The notes beneath the pieces are model-generated. The model was not told the DNA's origin. It was given only the letters and a program-made list of their open reading frames with translations, and searched no databases. The position numbers were made by a program, and so were the translations under genes. A stretch of 64,000 nucleotides of DNA, from NCBI GenBank assembly GCA_016190005.1, contig JACPRK010000139.1, forward strand, positions 24,717 to 88,716, given 5' to 3'. Shown here in pieces: positions 1 to 9,500 of this stretch. Source of the DNA: Candidatus Wallbacteria bacterium. GTDB lineage: Bacteria; Muiribacteriota; UBA6191; JACPRK01. Each line of letters begins with the position of its first letter. The stretch's first letter is position 1.

Positions 1-823
1 GACGCCCAGGCAGCGGTTGCGGGTCTTGAGCGGCGCGCACATGACCGAGTGGATGCGTTCACTCCGGATACTCCCGCTCTGTGCCAGCGACCGACCGGCG
101 TCGCCGGCCAGAAACGGCACGCCCTCTTTCATGACCCGGTTGACCACCGTGGAGCTGACCCGCAGCGGCGTCAGCGCGCCCACGCGGTCCGAGCGCCGCA
201 TCGCGAAGGGTTTCAAGCGGCCTGCCGGCTCCTCCTCGAGGAAGACCACGGCAGTGTCCGCCATCAGCTCGGGCACCACCTCGTCGAAGGCGTTGGCCAG
301 CAGGTTTCTTGGGCTCTCCTCCAGACCTGCCGCGTGCATCAGGCGGCCCAGGGCCCGCGAGCGGCGCTCCAGCTTGGTCGGCTTTGTCGCCGAGGCACCC
401 GGACGCTGGGCGGCATGCATCCAGCTATCCAGATCGGGCGGCGGCATCGGGATGGTTGTCCCTTCGACCGGCTCCCGGTCGAACGTGACGCCGGTGCCTT
501 CCAGGGCCGCCGCCTCCCGCTCCGAGGGCTCCCGCTCGAAGAGCAAGTCGGTGTCGGCGATCGTGATCCGGTCGCCGTGCTCCAGCCGCCGCTCGAACGC
601 CGGCTGCGCGTTCACCTGGGTGCCGTTGCGGCTGCCCAGGTCGCGCAACATGACGTCCTCTCCCCGGCGAAAGATCTCCGCGTGCCGCCGCGAGGCAGCC
701 GGAGAGTCGACCAGAATGGTGCAGCCGTCGCCCCGCCCGATCTCGATTCCGGCCATCCCCACCGGGAAAACGGCGCCGACATTGGAGCCCCGCATCACCA
801 CGATCCGCGCCATGGCCATTTCC
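1..823 (-). CDS. FHA-domain plus GAF-like domain protein; N-terminal part only, the gene runs past the window start
   Basis: Reverse-strand translation from ATG 823 gives MARIVVMRGSNVGAVFPVGMAGIEIGRGDGCTILVDSPAASRRHAEIF...GSRNGTQV (FHA-like), then a GAF-like segment ...RSERIHSVMCAPLKTRNRCLGV. GAGGAA sits 6 nt upstream. There is no stop before position 1, so the gene is absent from the ORF track. Confidence 0.6.
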
Positions 824-1077
824 TCAGCAAACCACGCGCCACGTCCGTCACCAGCGCATGGAGCGCGCAGTGCGCGAGATCCTGTCCCACGGCGACATTC
901 CCCGGTGACCGGCGCCGCCTGCTCGGTGTTTGCCCCCGCCGTACTGTAACGTCTATCGCGATTCGTTGAAAACGGCGCCGCGTTCTGATATCATCCCGGC
1001 TCCACGAGGCCTCGAAAGCGGCGCGATGCCGGTCAGCGGCACGACGGAGCCCGCGCGGAAGGCCGCAAGGAGGAGCA

Positions 1078-3093
1078 TTGGCGAACAGGCTGACGCCACA
1101 CGAGAGTGGAGCGTCGCTTCCGCGACTCTCGCGCACCCGGTCCGGTCCGAGCCTGCTGGCGGGCGCGATGCTGGCGCTTCTGGCGGGGACGGCGCTGGGC
1201 CAAGAGGGGCTGCCGGAGGACCTGACGACGCTCAGTCTGCAGGACCTGCTCAAGGTCAGGGTCACGTCAGTGGCCAAGGTGCCTCAGTCGATCAGTCATT
1301 CGCCCGCGGCGATCTTCGTCATTCGCCAGGAAGACCTGCGCCGCTCCGGAGCCACCTGCATCCCCGAGGCGCTGCGGCTGGTCCCGGGCGTGCAGGTCGC
1401 GCGAATCGACGGCAACAAGTGGGCGATCAGCATTCGAGGCGCCGGCAGCCGTTTCTTCAACAAGCTGCTGGTGTTGATCGACGGGCGCAGCGTCTACGAT
1501 CCGCTCCACGCCGGCGTTTACTGGGATGTTCAGGACACGCTGCTGGAGGACGTCGACCGCATCGAGGTGATCCGAGGCCCGGGGGCGACTCTCTGGGGCG
1601 CCAACGCCGTCACGGGCGTGATCAACGTGATCACGAAGCCGGCCCGCGAGACCCTGGGAGGGCTGCTCTCGGCAGGCGGCGGCGACGAGACCCGCGCACT
1701 CGGGGCGTTGCGCTACGGCGCCCAGCTCGGCGACGATGCCGCCTATCGCATCTGGGGCCGATACTCGGACTGGGACGACCTGGTCCGCGCCAACGGCCGG
1801 CCCGGAGAGGACGAGCGTCAGATGACCCGTGGCGGTTTCCGCGTCGACTGGGCGCGGTCCGCACAGGACTCGGTGACCTTCACGGGGGATATCTACGACG
1901 GCACGGCGTCGAACCTGGCGAGCGTAGCCAGCCCTGCGGCACCCTCGCCCCGGATCGATTCGAGCGACATCGCCGCTTCGGGGAACAACCTGCGCATGCG
2001 GTGGCAGCGCACGCTGTCGCCAAGCTCAGACTGGGCGCTGCAGCTGTACTACGACACGAGCGATCGCACGGAGACAGGCTTCCGGGAGGCTCGCCAGACC
2101 TACGATCTCGACTTCCAGCGCCACGATCAGATCGACGAGACGCACGACTTGCTCTGGGGCGTCGGGTACCGGATGGCTTCCGACCAGCTCGGCAACGCGC
2201 CATTCATCACGATCACACCGGCCAGTCGCGACAACTCCACGGTCAGCGCGTTCATCCAGGACCGCATCGCCCTTCGGCCCCAGCGGCTGGAGTTGACGCT
2301 GGGCTCCCGATTCGAGCACAACGACTTCACCGGCTTCGAGCTCCAGCCGACGGCGCGGCTGCTCTGGACGCCGAGCAAGAGCCAGACGTGGTGGACAGCC
2401 GTGTCGAGAGCCGTCCGGACGCCCTCGCGGCTGGAGAACGATCTCGACACGCTCACACTGGGACCGACCTCGCTGGCCCGAGTGACCGGCCGCGAGCTGA
2501 TCGATTCCGAGAAGCTCCTGGCCTACGAGCTGGGGTATCGGACCCAGGCCTCACGCAAGCTCTCGGTGGATGTCTCGCTCTTCTATGAGCGTTTCCTCGA
2601 CCTGGTCGGCTCCCGCGTCGGAACGCCGGGAATCGGAGCCGGTCCCTCCGGCCCCGTGCTGGTCGTGCCATTCCGCGTGTCGCACCACGAGCAAGGCACG
2701 GCCCGCGGATTCGAGCTCTTCACGAATCTCGACGTGAGCGACCGGTGGAAGCTGGGGCTCGGCTTCTCCACGCTCGATCTGCAGCTCAGCACCGCCGGGC
2801 GCGGGAACAGCCCCAATCACCAGGCGCAGCTGCGGTCGTACCTGAAGCTCAGCGCCGACCTGGAGCTGAACACGTCGCTGGCATTCGTGGAGCGGCTCCG
2901 CGACCAAGATGTGCCGAGTTACTTCCGGCTCGATGCCCAGCTGGCGTGGCACGCAACGCCCGAGCTGGACCTGAGCCTGGTCGGACAGAACCTGCTGGAC
3001 GATCGGCACGCCGAGTTCGGAGCGCCGTCGAACCGCCTTTCGCGTCCGGAGATCGAACGGGGGGTCTATGCGAAGGCGACCTGGCATTTCTGA
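1078..3093 (+). CDS. TonB-dependent outer-membrane receptor
   Basis: Signal peptide. Plug motifs VIRQEDLRRSGATCIPEALRLVPGV, RGPGATLWGANAVTGVINVITK and the long beta-barrel region. C-terminal ...ATWHF with terminal aromatic. The true start may be an internal Met (e.g. MLALLAG). Confidence 0.85.
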   Translation: MANRLTPHESGASLPRLSRTRSGPSLLAGAMLALLAGTALGQEGLPEDLTTLSLQDLLKVRVTSVAKVPQSISHSPAAIFVIRQEDLRRSGATCIPEALRLVPGVQVARIDGNKWAISIRGAGSRFFNKLLVLIDGRSVYDPLHAGVYWDVQDTLLEDVDRIEVIRGPGATLWGANAVTGVINVITKPARETLGGLLSAGGGDETRALGALRYGAQLGDDAAYRIWGRYSDWDDLVRANGRPGEDERQMTRGGFRVDWARSAQDSVTFTGDIYDGTASNLASVASPAAPSPRIDSSDIAASGNNLRMRWQRTLSPSSDWALQLYYDTSDRTETGFREARQTYDLDFQRHDQIDETHDLLWGVGYRMASDQLGNAPFITITPASRDNSTVSAFIQDRIALRPQRLELTLGSRFEHNDFTGFELQPTARLLWTPSKSQTWWTAVSRAVRTPSRLENDLDTLTLGPTSLARVTGRELIDSEKLLAYELGYRTQASRKLSVDVSLFYERFLDLVGSRVGTPGIGAGPSGPVLVVPFRVSHHEQGTARGFELFTNLDVSDRWKLGLGFSTLDLQLSTAGRGNSPNHQAQLRSYLKLSADLELNTSLAFVERLRDQDVPSYFRLDAQLAWHATPELDLSLVGQNLLDDRHAEFGAPSNRLSRPEIERGVYAKATWHF

Positions 3094-3097
3094 GCCG

Positions 3098-3667
3098 ATG
3101 GCTGCACCGAGCTTGTTCGCCGAACGGTGGCTACGCACGCTGATGGTGGCGGCGATCCTCGGCTGGGCGGCCCCGCCGGTACCGGCTCAGATGGTCACGC
3201 CGCTGGCCTACCGCGTGAAGGCCGCCTTCGTCTACAACTTCGCGCTCTTCGTCGAGTGGCCGCGTGTTGCGCTGGGGCCCGAGCATCAGACCGTCGTGCT
3301 CGGCATCGTCGGGGACGATCCGCTCGCCACGGAGCTGGAGCAGGTCGACGGCAAGCGGATCGGCACCCGCACGCTCAGGGTCACGCGGCTGGATACCCAG
3401 CAGGAGCTCGGCGGCTGCCACATTCTCTACGTGGGCGCCTCTGAGCGGGAACGCCTTCCGTCCATCCTCGAGCGCGCGGCCGCTCATCACGTTCTGACCG
3501 TCGGCGACATGGCGAGGTTCATCGACAAGGGAGGGATGATCGGGTTCATCATCGAGGGCGAGAGCGTGCGGTTCGAAGTCTGCGTGGCTCGAGCGCAGAA
3601 AGCAGGCCTGAAGCTGAGCGCCAAGCTCCTGCAGGTGGCCCGGCTCGTCGACTGCGGGACCGACTGA
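3098..3667 (+). CDS. YfiR-like periplasmic protein (DUF4154 family)
   Basis: Signal-like N-terminus. Conserved YRVKAAFVYNFALFVEWP ... ILYVGASE ... GMIGFIIEGESVRFEVC pattern typical of DUF4154/YfiR. Start ATG 3098 lies immediately after the receptor stop. Confidence 0.6.
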   Translation: MAAPSLFAERWLRTLMVAAILGWAAPPVPAQMVTPLAYRVKAAFVYNFALFVEWPRVALGPEHQTVVLGIVGDDPLATELEQVDGKRIGTRTLRVTRLDTQQELGGCHILYVGASERERLPSILERAAAHHVLTVGDMARFIDKGGMIGFIIEGESVRFEVCVARAQKAGLKLSAKLLQVARLVDCGTD

Positions 3668-3913
3668 CGATCGGAGACGGAGGAAGAGGCCGCGGGTTCC
3701 GGCCCGGCCCACGTGAGGCCGCTCGTACGGCCTGAACTGGGGCGTTTCTCCGGACACGCCGTGGCGCGAGCGCGCAAAAACGCCACACCTGCAGTGAGTG
3801 CGACGGACGCGCCTGGCCGCAAGCCACGCCTGTAACCAGGGTCACAACACGGGTTCCGGGCGATCGCCGCCCCTGCGACTCAGCCTGGCACCACTCTTGA
3901 TTGACATCCTGCC

Positions 3914-5188
3914 ATGACAGACGCGAAGAGCCAGGGACGAATGCTGAGGCTCCTCGTCGTCGAGGACAATCCGGTGGAACGAGAGTTCCTGTCGGCGGCA
4001 CTCCGGCGAGCCCGCTCAGACCCGATGGAGGTCACCCTCGCCGAATCCCTTGCCGAAGCCCGCAACTCGATCCGAACCAGTCACTTCGACGCCGTCCTTC
4101 TCGACCTGAGTCTTCCGGATAGTGACGGCATCGAGACGTTCCGCCGGGTTCGCGCCGATTCGCCCGAGCTGCCGATCGTCGTGCTGACGGTCTCCGAGGA
4201 TGAAGCGCAAGCCTTGCTGGCACTGCAGGAAGGCGCGCAGGACTATCTCTTCAAGGGGACCGTCGACCGCCAGGCGCTCGTCAGGTCCCTGCGGTATGCG
4301 GTGGAACGCCACCAGCTGCAACTGGCGCTGGAGAGACAGACCCGAAGGCTCTCGGAGCATCTGGAGGTGCTCCGGGGGGGATTTTCGCGTCTGGCCGCGG
4401 GCGACCTGGGGGTGCGAATCAGCGGCGATCTGGCTCCAGGAAACGAGGCCGACGGGCTGACCGGCCTGCTCGAGGACTTCGACCGGACGGTGGAGCGGCT
4501 GAGGTCGCTGAGCGAGCTGAAGGCGCAGTTCTCGTCGATGGTCTCCCACGACCTGCGCTCTCCGATGAACACCATCCTGATGGCGGTCTCGGCCCTGGAG
4601 GCGTTGCCCGACGAATCGGGCGAGCAGGAGCGGTTCCTGGGGATCATCCGGCGAAAGGCCAGCCGCATCCTGCAGCTTGCCGAGGAGCTGCTCGAGGTCT
4701 TTACGATCGAGGCGGGCCAGATGAGCCTGACGCGCTCGGAGGTCGACTTGAACCAGCTGCTCGCCGCTTGCCTGGAAGATCTCACGCCGCAGGCGCTGGC
4801 TCGCCGGCAGGTGCTCCAGCTGCAGTCACTGCCCGGCCCGTCGCGGGTCGTCTGCGACGCCGCGAAGATAGCGCGCGTGGTGGAGAACCTTGTGAACAAC
4901 GCGCTGAAGTACTCCGTCGAGGGGGACACCATCCTGGTTCGCGCAACCCGGGCGGAGCGTGGCAGGGTCCAGATCGAGGTCATCGACCACGGCAGCGGGA
5001 TTCCGGACGAGGACCTCCGGCGAGTGTTCGACCTCTTCTACCGCAGCCCGGCCAGGGAACACCTGACGGCGGGCGCCGGCCTGGGCCTGGGGATCTGCCG
5101 AGCCTTCGTGAGAGCCCACGGCGGCGAGATCTGGGCGCTGAACCAGCCCGACGGCGGCGCCCGCTTCGCCTTCGAGCTGCCGCAGTAG
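3914..5188 (+). CDS. hybrid response-regulator receiver / histidine kinase
   Basis: N-terminal REC domain (LLVVEDNP...DAVLLDLSLPDSDG...), H-box SMVSHDLRSPMN, and an HATPase_c region with NNALKYS, DHGSGIP and GAGLGLGICRAFV motifs. Confidence 0.85.
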   Translation: MTDAKSQGRMLRLLVVEDNPVEREFLSAALRRARSDPMEVTLAESLAEARNSIRTSHFDAVLLDLSLPDSDGIETFRRVRADSPELPIVVLTVSEDEAQALLALQEGAQDYLFKGTVDRQALVRSLRYAVERHQLQLALERQTRRLSEHLEVLRGGFSRLAAGDLGVRISGDLAPGNEADGLTGLLEDFDRTVERLRSLSELKAQFSSMVSHDLRSPMNTILMAVSALEALPDESGEQERFLGIIRRKASRILQLAEELLEVFTIEAGQMSLTRSEVDLNQLLAACLEDLTPQALARRQVLQLQSLPGPSRVVCDAAKIARVVENLVNNALKYSVEGDTILVRATRAERGRVQIEVIDHGSGIPDEDLRRVFDLFYRSPAREHLTAGAGLGLGICRAFVRAHGGEIWALNQPDGGARFAFELPQ

Positions 5189-5430
5189 CCTTGCCGGTTC
5201 GGCGCGCCCTGAGCGCCGATTTCGAGCCCGGAGGCGGAAAGCGGGGACTGGCTCCGGAAGCCAGCTTGAAACCTGGCAATCGTCCGGTCGGCCGGCCAGG
5301 CTTCCGGTGCCCGTTTTCCAACGACTTTACCGCCGCCCGGAGGCCGCGCTCGCATGGCTTGACATGACGGCGGGCGGTCCCCATAATTACGCGACTTTTC
5401 CAAACCGGGATCTCGCAAGGAGTACACAAC

Positions 5431-5871
5431 ATGAAGATCCGAAAACTGCTCTTGCTCGCCCTCACGCTTGCTCTCCCCGTGGGACTGTTCGCCGCAGACG
5501 CGGCCCCGACACCCCAGGACCCGGGAGCCGCCAATCCGCCCGTCGCGTCTCCCAAGCCCGAAGATCCGCCCCCCGCAGAGCCGCCGCCTGCCGAGCCCAC
5601 TCCGCCCGCCCCGCCCGCAGAGCCTCCGCCTGCGCCCCCGGCGCCGCCCGCGCCGGCTGCCAAGGCGCTATCGTGGGTCGAAGTGACGACCTTCGCCCCC
5701 GGGCTCTGCAACTATGACGATGCTTTCAAGGCCCGGATGAAGGCCACCTGCAAGCTCAAACTGCGCTACCTGCGCCGCCAGTGCAACTTCATCGCGATGG
5801 TCAATCCCGACGCCTCCATCCGCGCCAAGGCCAAGCAGATCGCCGAAGACGCCAAGGTGCTCATCGGTTAG
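5431..5871 (+). CDS. secreted Pro/Ala-rich hypothetical protein
   Basis: AGGAG RBS 8 nt upstream. Signal peptide MKIRKLLLLALTLALPVGLFA, a PPAEPPPAEP low-complexity linker, and a structured C-terminal domain with two Cys. Confidence 0.6.
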   Translation: MKIRKLLLLALTLALPVGLFAADAAPTPQDPGAANPPVASPKPEDPPPAEPPPAEPTPPAPPAEPPPAPPAPPAPAAKALSWVEVTTFAPGLCNYDDAFKARMKATCKLKLRYLRRQCNFIAMVNPDASIRAKAKQIAEDAKVLIG

Positions 5872-5895
5872 ACACGGACAACCCTGCCTCCTACT

Positions 5896-5921
5896 GAAGC
5901 CGCTCCGGCCGGGGCGGCTTC
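5896..5921 (+). terminator. putative intrinsic terminator hairpin between convergent genes
   Basis: GAAGCCGC / GCGGCTTC 8-bp GC-rich stem with a 10-nt loop directly after the 5431-5871 gene, followed by TCCCTTTCC. The next gene is convergent. Confidence 0.35.
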
Positions 5922-5939
5922 TCCCTTTCCCCGGGCGGC

Positions 5940-6437
5940 TCAGAAGCCCTGCATCACGCCCAGCGCCGCTTTCGAGGTCACGTAGCGCTGGTCCAGCAGC
6001 CGCAGCCGGTGGCTCATCTCCCGCATCATACGCAGCAGGATGCGGTTCAGAACGGCAGGCTGGGTCTTCTGCATCTGCGTGAAGGCGTCGCGCCCCAGGA
6101 AGATGAGCCGCGCTTCTCCCTTGGCCTCCGCCGACGCCGCGCGCCCTTTCTCCTCGATGAGGGACATCTCGCCGAAGAATTCGCCCTCGCCGAGCGTGCC
6201 AATCAGATGCTTGCGCTTGGCGGTGTCGAGCGAGTAGATGTCGACCTCCCCCGAGAGCACGATGTACATCCCGTCGCCCGGGTCGCCCTGCTGGAAGATG
6301 GACGGACGCATCGGGCTATAGCTGCGAACCTTGGCCGTGCGCAGGAACTCCACGATGTCGTCCTTTTCCAGGTCGCTGAAGATCGCGAACCGGGCCAGGT
6401 CCGTCACCGAGACCGTCTGTCGCTGGTCTGTGGTCAT
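5940..6437 (-). CDS. cyclic-nucleotide-binding domain protein
   Basis: The cNMP-binding fold is recognisable: ...FQQGDPGDGMYIVLSGEVDIY...LGEGEFFGEMSLIEEKGRAASAEA... Confidence 0.7.
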   Translation of the reverse strand: MTTDQRQTVSVTDLARFAIFSDLEKDDIVEFLRTAKVRSYSPMRPSIFQQGDPGDGMYIVLSGEVDIYSLDTAKRKHLIGTLGEGEFFGEMSLIEEKGRAASAEAKGEARLIFLGRDAFTQMQKTQPAVLNRILLRMMREMSHRLRLLDQRYVTSKAALGVMQGF

Positions 6438-6515
6438 GCCGTGCTCAGCCTATCATGCCCCGCGGACCGAATCAGCCGGGCGGCAACATCGCTCCCGCCC
6501 TGCCGGTAGTCCGAG

Positions 6516-7610
6516 GTGATGATCGACCTTTCGAGCATGCACTTCGCGTCGACCCGCTCCTCGAAGTGTCCTTGGCGCGCGCTGGCCCTGGCGCTGGCCC
6601 TCGCACTTCCCTCCCAGGCGGCGGTGCCCGTCGTGCAGGTCACGAAGCTCCTCGACGACTCTTCGGGGGGCTCCTTCACGCTGGCCCAGGTGGGCGTCGT
6701 CGACGGCAAGAAGGTCTTCCTCAAGTCGAACCGCGGCTCCCAGCGAGGCACCCGCTACTCCAACTTCGAATCCGACATCCTCGCCCGGGCGATCTTCAAG
6801 AAGCTCGGAATTCGCTGCCCCGACGCCCGAGTGGTCCGCCTGGGACCGGGCGGCCCGACCTCGAAATGGATGGGGTCGGTCGTCCTGGCGATGCAGTACG
6901 TGGACACCCGCTTCACGCGCGGCAAGGTCCTGATGGGCCACTGGCCGGGCGCCCGCTACGCCCGGCTCGCCGAGTTCATCGACCTGGCGCTGGTCGACCT
7001 GATCATCGGTAATGGCGACCGCCGAGGCGCCAACTTCTTCGTCATGGTGGATTACGACGACGTCGAGGGCGAGCGCGGCAAGCCCGGAAGCTTCCGGCCG
7101 GTCCCCATCGACAACAACTGCGGCTTCGCCAGCATGGTCGTCTGGTCCTTCCCTACCAGCCAGACGAACTTCTTGCCGACCTACAGCGGCGTCGGCAAGG
7201 GAGAGGTCCTCTGCGACCTGGGCACCCTCGAGAACATCGCCCTCGACAGCGAGATCCTGCACGCCCTGCTGGGCGACGCCCGGATGCGGCCGCGACTGCT
7301 TGCCCGGGCGCGCGAGCTCGGAGCCATTTTGACCGACGAGTTCTTCGGCGCCCAGGTCGACGCCCTGCCGGCCGAGATCCTGCCGCGAGCCACCAAGGTC
7401 GACGCCTCCATCCTCGACAAGATGACGAAGCGAGACTTCGAGCCCTCGGCGCTCTTCGGCCCCATGTCGGGTACGCTCGAAGGGAAGGCTCTCTTCGACT
7501 ATCGCAAGGCCGAGCTCAAGCGCGTCTTTGCCTGGCGTCGCGACCACTTGGCCGAGGCGCTCGAGCAGTACTTCCAGGCCAATCCTCCGGAGAAGCCCGA
7601 GGGCGACTGA
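6516..7610 (+). CDS. secreted hypothetical protein with a PI3/PI4-kinase-like catalytic-loop motif
   Basis: Signal peptide WRALALALALALPSQAAVP. Motif DLIIGNGDRRGANFFVMV resembles the lipid-kinase catalytic loop GxGDRHxxN, with N at +5. A downstream PIDNNCGF segment sits at the DFG-like position. Confidence 0.55.
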   Translation: MMIDLSSMHFASTRSSKCPWRALALALALALPSQAAVPVVQVTKLLDDSSGGSFTLAQVGVVDGKKVFLKSNRGSQRGTRYSNFESDILARAIFKKLGIRCPDARVVRLGPGGPTSKWMGSVVLAMQYVDTRFTRGKVLMGHWPGARYARLAEFIDLALVDLIIGNGDRRGANFFVMVDYDDVEGERGKPGSFRPVPIDNNCGFASMVVWSFPTSQTNFLPTYSGVGKGEVLCDLGTLENIALDSEILHALLGDARMRPRLLARARELGAILTDEFFGAQVDALPAEILPRATKVDASILDKMTKRDFEPSALFGPMSGTLEGKALFDYRKAELKRVFAWRRDHLAEALEQYFQANPPEKPEGD

Positions 7611-7652
7611 CCGGCCGCCTCCGGCGGCGCACCCCCGTGGGCGAGCGCCGGG

Positions 7653-8417
7653 TCAGGCTTCCGGATCGCCTTCGCGCCGGACCTCGACCCGGATGTTGGC
7701 GGGATCGCCAACCCATTTCAGGCTCGCCAGAAAGCCGAGGAGGATGCCGGTCAGCATCCGGCCCAGGAACGGCTTGAGCGGCAGCTCGCGGCCGTCGATG
7801 AGGACACGGACCGTCCTGCCGTCCGGGGAGAGCAGCCCTGCCATCTCCGGCGCCGCGGGTGCGATATCCTCGGCCCCGGCGGGCGGCGACTCGGGCTCTG
7901 CGGCCTGGGGCTCGCCGGCCGCAGTCGCGGAGCGCCATCTCATGACGAGGTCTGCCAGCTCCTCGGCGTCGCCGCCCAGGAAGTTTGGCGTACCTGAAAA
8001 GGGGACAGGCGCCCGCACGGTGGCGATGAGCCGGGACGGGTCCGGCACGCGAGAGAGGACTCCGCCGGGCTGGAGCGGAAAAACCTCGATCTTCGGTAGG
8101 TGCGACTGGCTGAAACCCTCGGCCAGGACCAGATCGACCTCGCCCTGGAAGTAGCGGGCCAGCGACTCCAGGCTGGGCTCCTCGCCGACGTTTCTGCGGG
8201 TGAAGACGCAGCGCGGGCCGCTCATCATGACGAGCTGGCTGCCGGCGCGAGCGTGGCGCCAGGTGTCCTTGCCCTCGCGGTCCGGCTCGGCGCCGTGGAC
8301 GTCGTGCTTGAGCGTGCCGACGCGCAGGCCGCGCTCGCGCAGCCTGGGGAGGAGCTGTTCGATGACGGTGGTCTTCCCTGAGCCGGAGAAGCCGGAGACG
8401 CAGAGGATAGGAATCAT
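7653..8417 (-). CDS. mobB: molybdopterin-guanine dinucleotide biosynthesis protein MobB fused to a C-terminal extension
   Basis: N-terminal P-loop ILCVSGFSGSGKTTVIEQLLPRLRERGLRVGTLKHDVHG is typical of MobB. The ~100-aa C-terminal extension is of unknown function. Confidence 0.7.
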   Translation of the reverse strand: MIPILCVSGFSGSGKTTVIEQLLPRLRERGLRVGTLKHDVHGAEPDREGKDTWRHARAGSQLVMMSGPRCVFTRRNVGEEPSLESLARYFQGEVDLVLAEGFSQSHLPKIEVFPLQPGGVLSRVPDPSRLIATVRAPVPFSGTPNFLGGDAEELADLVMRWRSATAAGEPQAAEPESPPAGAEDIAPAAPEMAGLLSPDGRTVRVLIDGRELPLKPFLGRMLTGILLGFLASLKWVGDPANIRVEVRREGDPEA

Positions 8418-8580
8418 GGTCGTGCGGAGGTCGGTGCCCCGCCAGGAGGACGCCCGAGTCCTCCCGACCGCGTGCGGGACGCGTGGAGAGGCCGCAACTT
8501 TCTGGCCAGAGGACCGCTCCGCTGAGCTGGCGGTCGCTCAGCGCGTACCAGAGCAGCGCATGGGTGTCCAGGAGCAGCCT

Positions 8581-8813
8581 CACGGCAAGTAGTCCGCGAA
8601 GTCCTTCAGGTGATCTTCGTCGTCGGCGACGATGGTGATCATGCCCTTCGCAAAACCCGGCCCAGGCCGCTGCCAGGTTTCTGGACGCTGGCCGACGAGT
8701 TTGGCTACGGGCTGCTGGTCGTCGGTAATGACCAACTCTTCGCCGGGGGCGAGCGTCTCGATCAGCTCCTTCAAGTGGGCTTGAGCTTCCCACAACTCGA
8801 TTCGGCGGGCCAT
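8581..8813 (-). CDS. antitoxin-like protein (Phd/YefM-like N-terminus, DUF2281-like C-terminus)
   Basis: MARRIELWEAQAHLKELIE...ELVITDDQQPVAKLV resembles type II antitoxins. The C-terminal DDEDHLKDFADYLP resembles the DUF2281 tail. Confidence 0.45.
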
Positions 8814-8844
8814 CGACTGACCCGTTCGACAACGAGACAACAAG

Positions 8845-9240
8845 TCAGTCGCGAAGCTGATACGGCGCTACGGCGTCCAGCCCCTTGATCCCTTTGTAGT
8901 GCTTGAGGTTTCGGGTGAGCAAGCTCAGCCCTCGGTTGAGGGCGGTGGCCGCGATCAGGCTGCCAGCCATGCCGATGCCGGTCTCCGGTCTGTGCCTTCG
9001 CAGGAGTTGCCGCGCAAGCACCGAGTCGTGTGCCGTCAGCGGCAGCAGGCTGAGCCGGGCTGCAAATGCGTCCAGCTTCCGCCGATCCCAGCGATTCTGA
9101 CAACCCACCACCAGTTCCATGTCCGTCACGACGGACATGGCCAAGCTGCCGGTGCGTGCCGAATCAAAGAACTCGACTGCTTCCGGTAGCCGCCGGATAA
9201 AGTCCACGCAGACGTCCGTATCGACAAGGAAGCGGCTCAC
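8845..9240 (-). CDS. vapC: PIN-domain toxin VapC
   Basis: GTG start overlaps the vapB stop in a GTGA arrangement. N-terminal VSRFLVDTDVCVDF carries the PIN acidic residues, and the C-terminal ...LLTRNLKHYKGIKGL is PIN-like. Confidence 0.7.
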   Translation of the reverse strand: MSRFLVDTDVCVDFIRRLPEAVEFFDSARTGSLAMSVVTDMELVVGCQNRWDRRKLDAFAARLSLLPLTAHDSVLARQLLRRHRPETGIGMAGSLIAATALNRGLSLLTRNLKHYKGIKGLDAVAPYQLRD

Positions 9241-9500
9241 CGCTCCCAGCGTCTTTCCTCGCGCCGCCGCAGTTCCTGCACCCACTTCACGCTGTCCTTC
9301 ATGTCTTCGCGGTCTTTCCACATGCCGCAGGCGGCAAGTTCGCTGAGGGGCCGCTTCGAGTGGCGAACGGGCGTGATCGACTCGGCCTCCAGATCGTCGG
9401 TCAAGACCCTGACCAGCTTGGCCCGCTGCGCGGGGCTGAGTTTCTTGGCCTGGGAGACGACTTCGGCGAAGTTCGGTTTCTGAACGGTGGCGCGAGCCAT
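9237..9500 (-). CDS. vapB: VapB-type antitoxin
   Basis: MARATVQKPNFAEVVSQAKKLSPAQRAKLVRVL... GAGGAGAGGA RBS 6 nt upstream of ATG 9500. 4-nt overlap with vapC. Confidence 0.6.
   Translation of the reverse strand: MARATVQKPNFAEVVSQAKKLSPAQRAKLVRVLTDDLEAESITPVRHSKRPLSELAACGMWKDREDMKDSVKWVQELRRREERRWER

Noticed and set aside
930-2588. 552-aa plus-strand ORF overlapping the TonB-dependent receptor in another frame
   Set aside because: Arg/Gly/Ala/Pro-rich low-complexity translation typical of high-GC alternate frames. The receptor frame carries the recognisable domains.
6453-8832. Two long minus-strand ORFs (6453-7547, 7516-8832)
   Set aside because: Antisense to the kinase-like and MobB/antitoxin genes. 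Low-complexity Arg/Gly/Ala translations.
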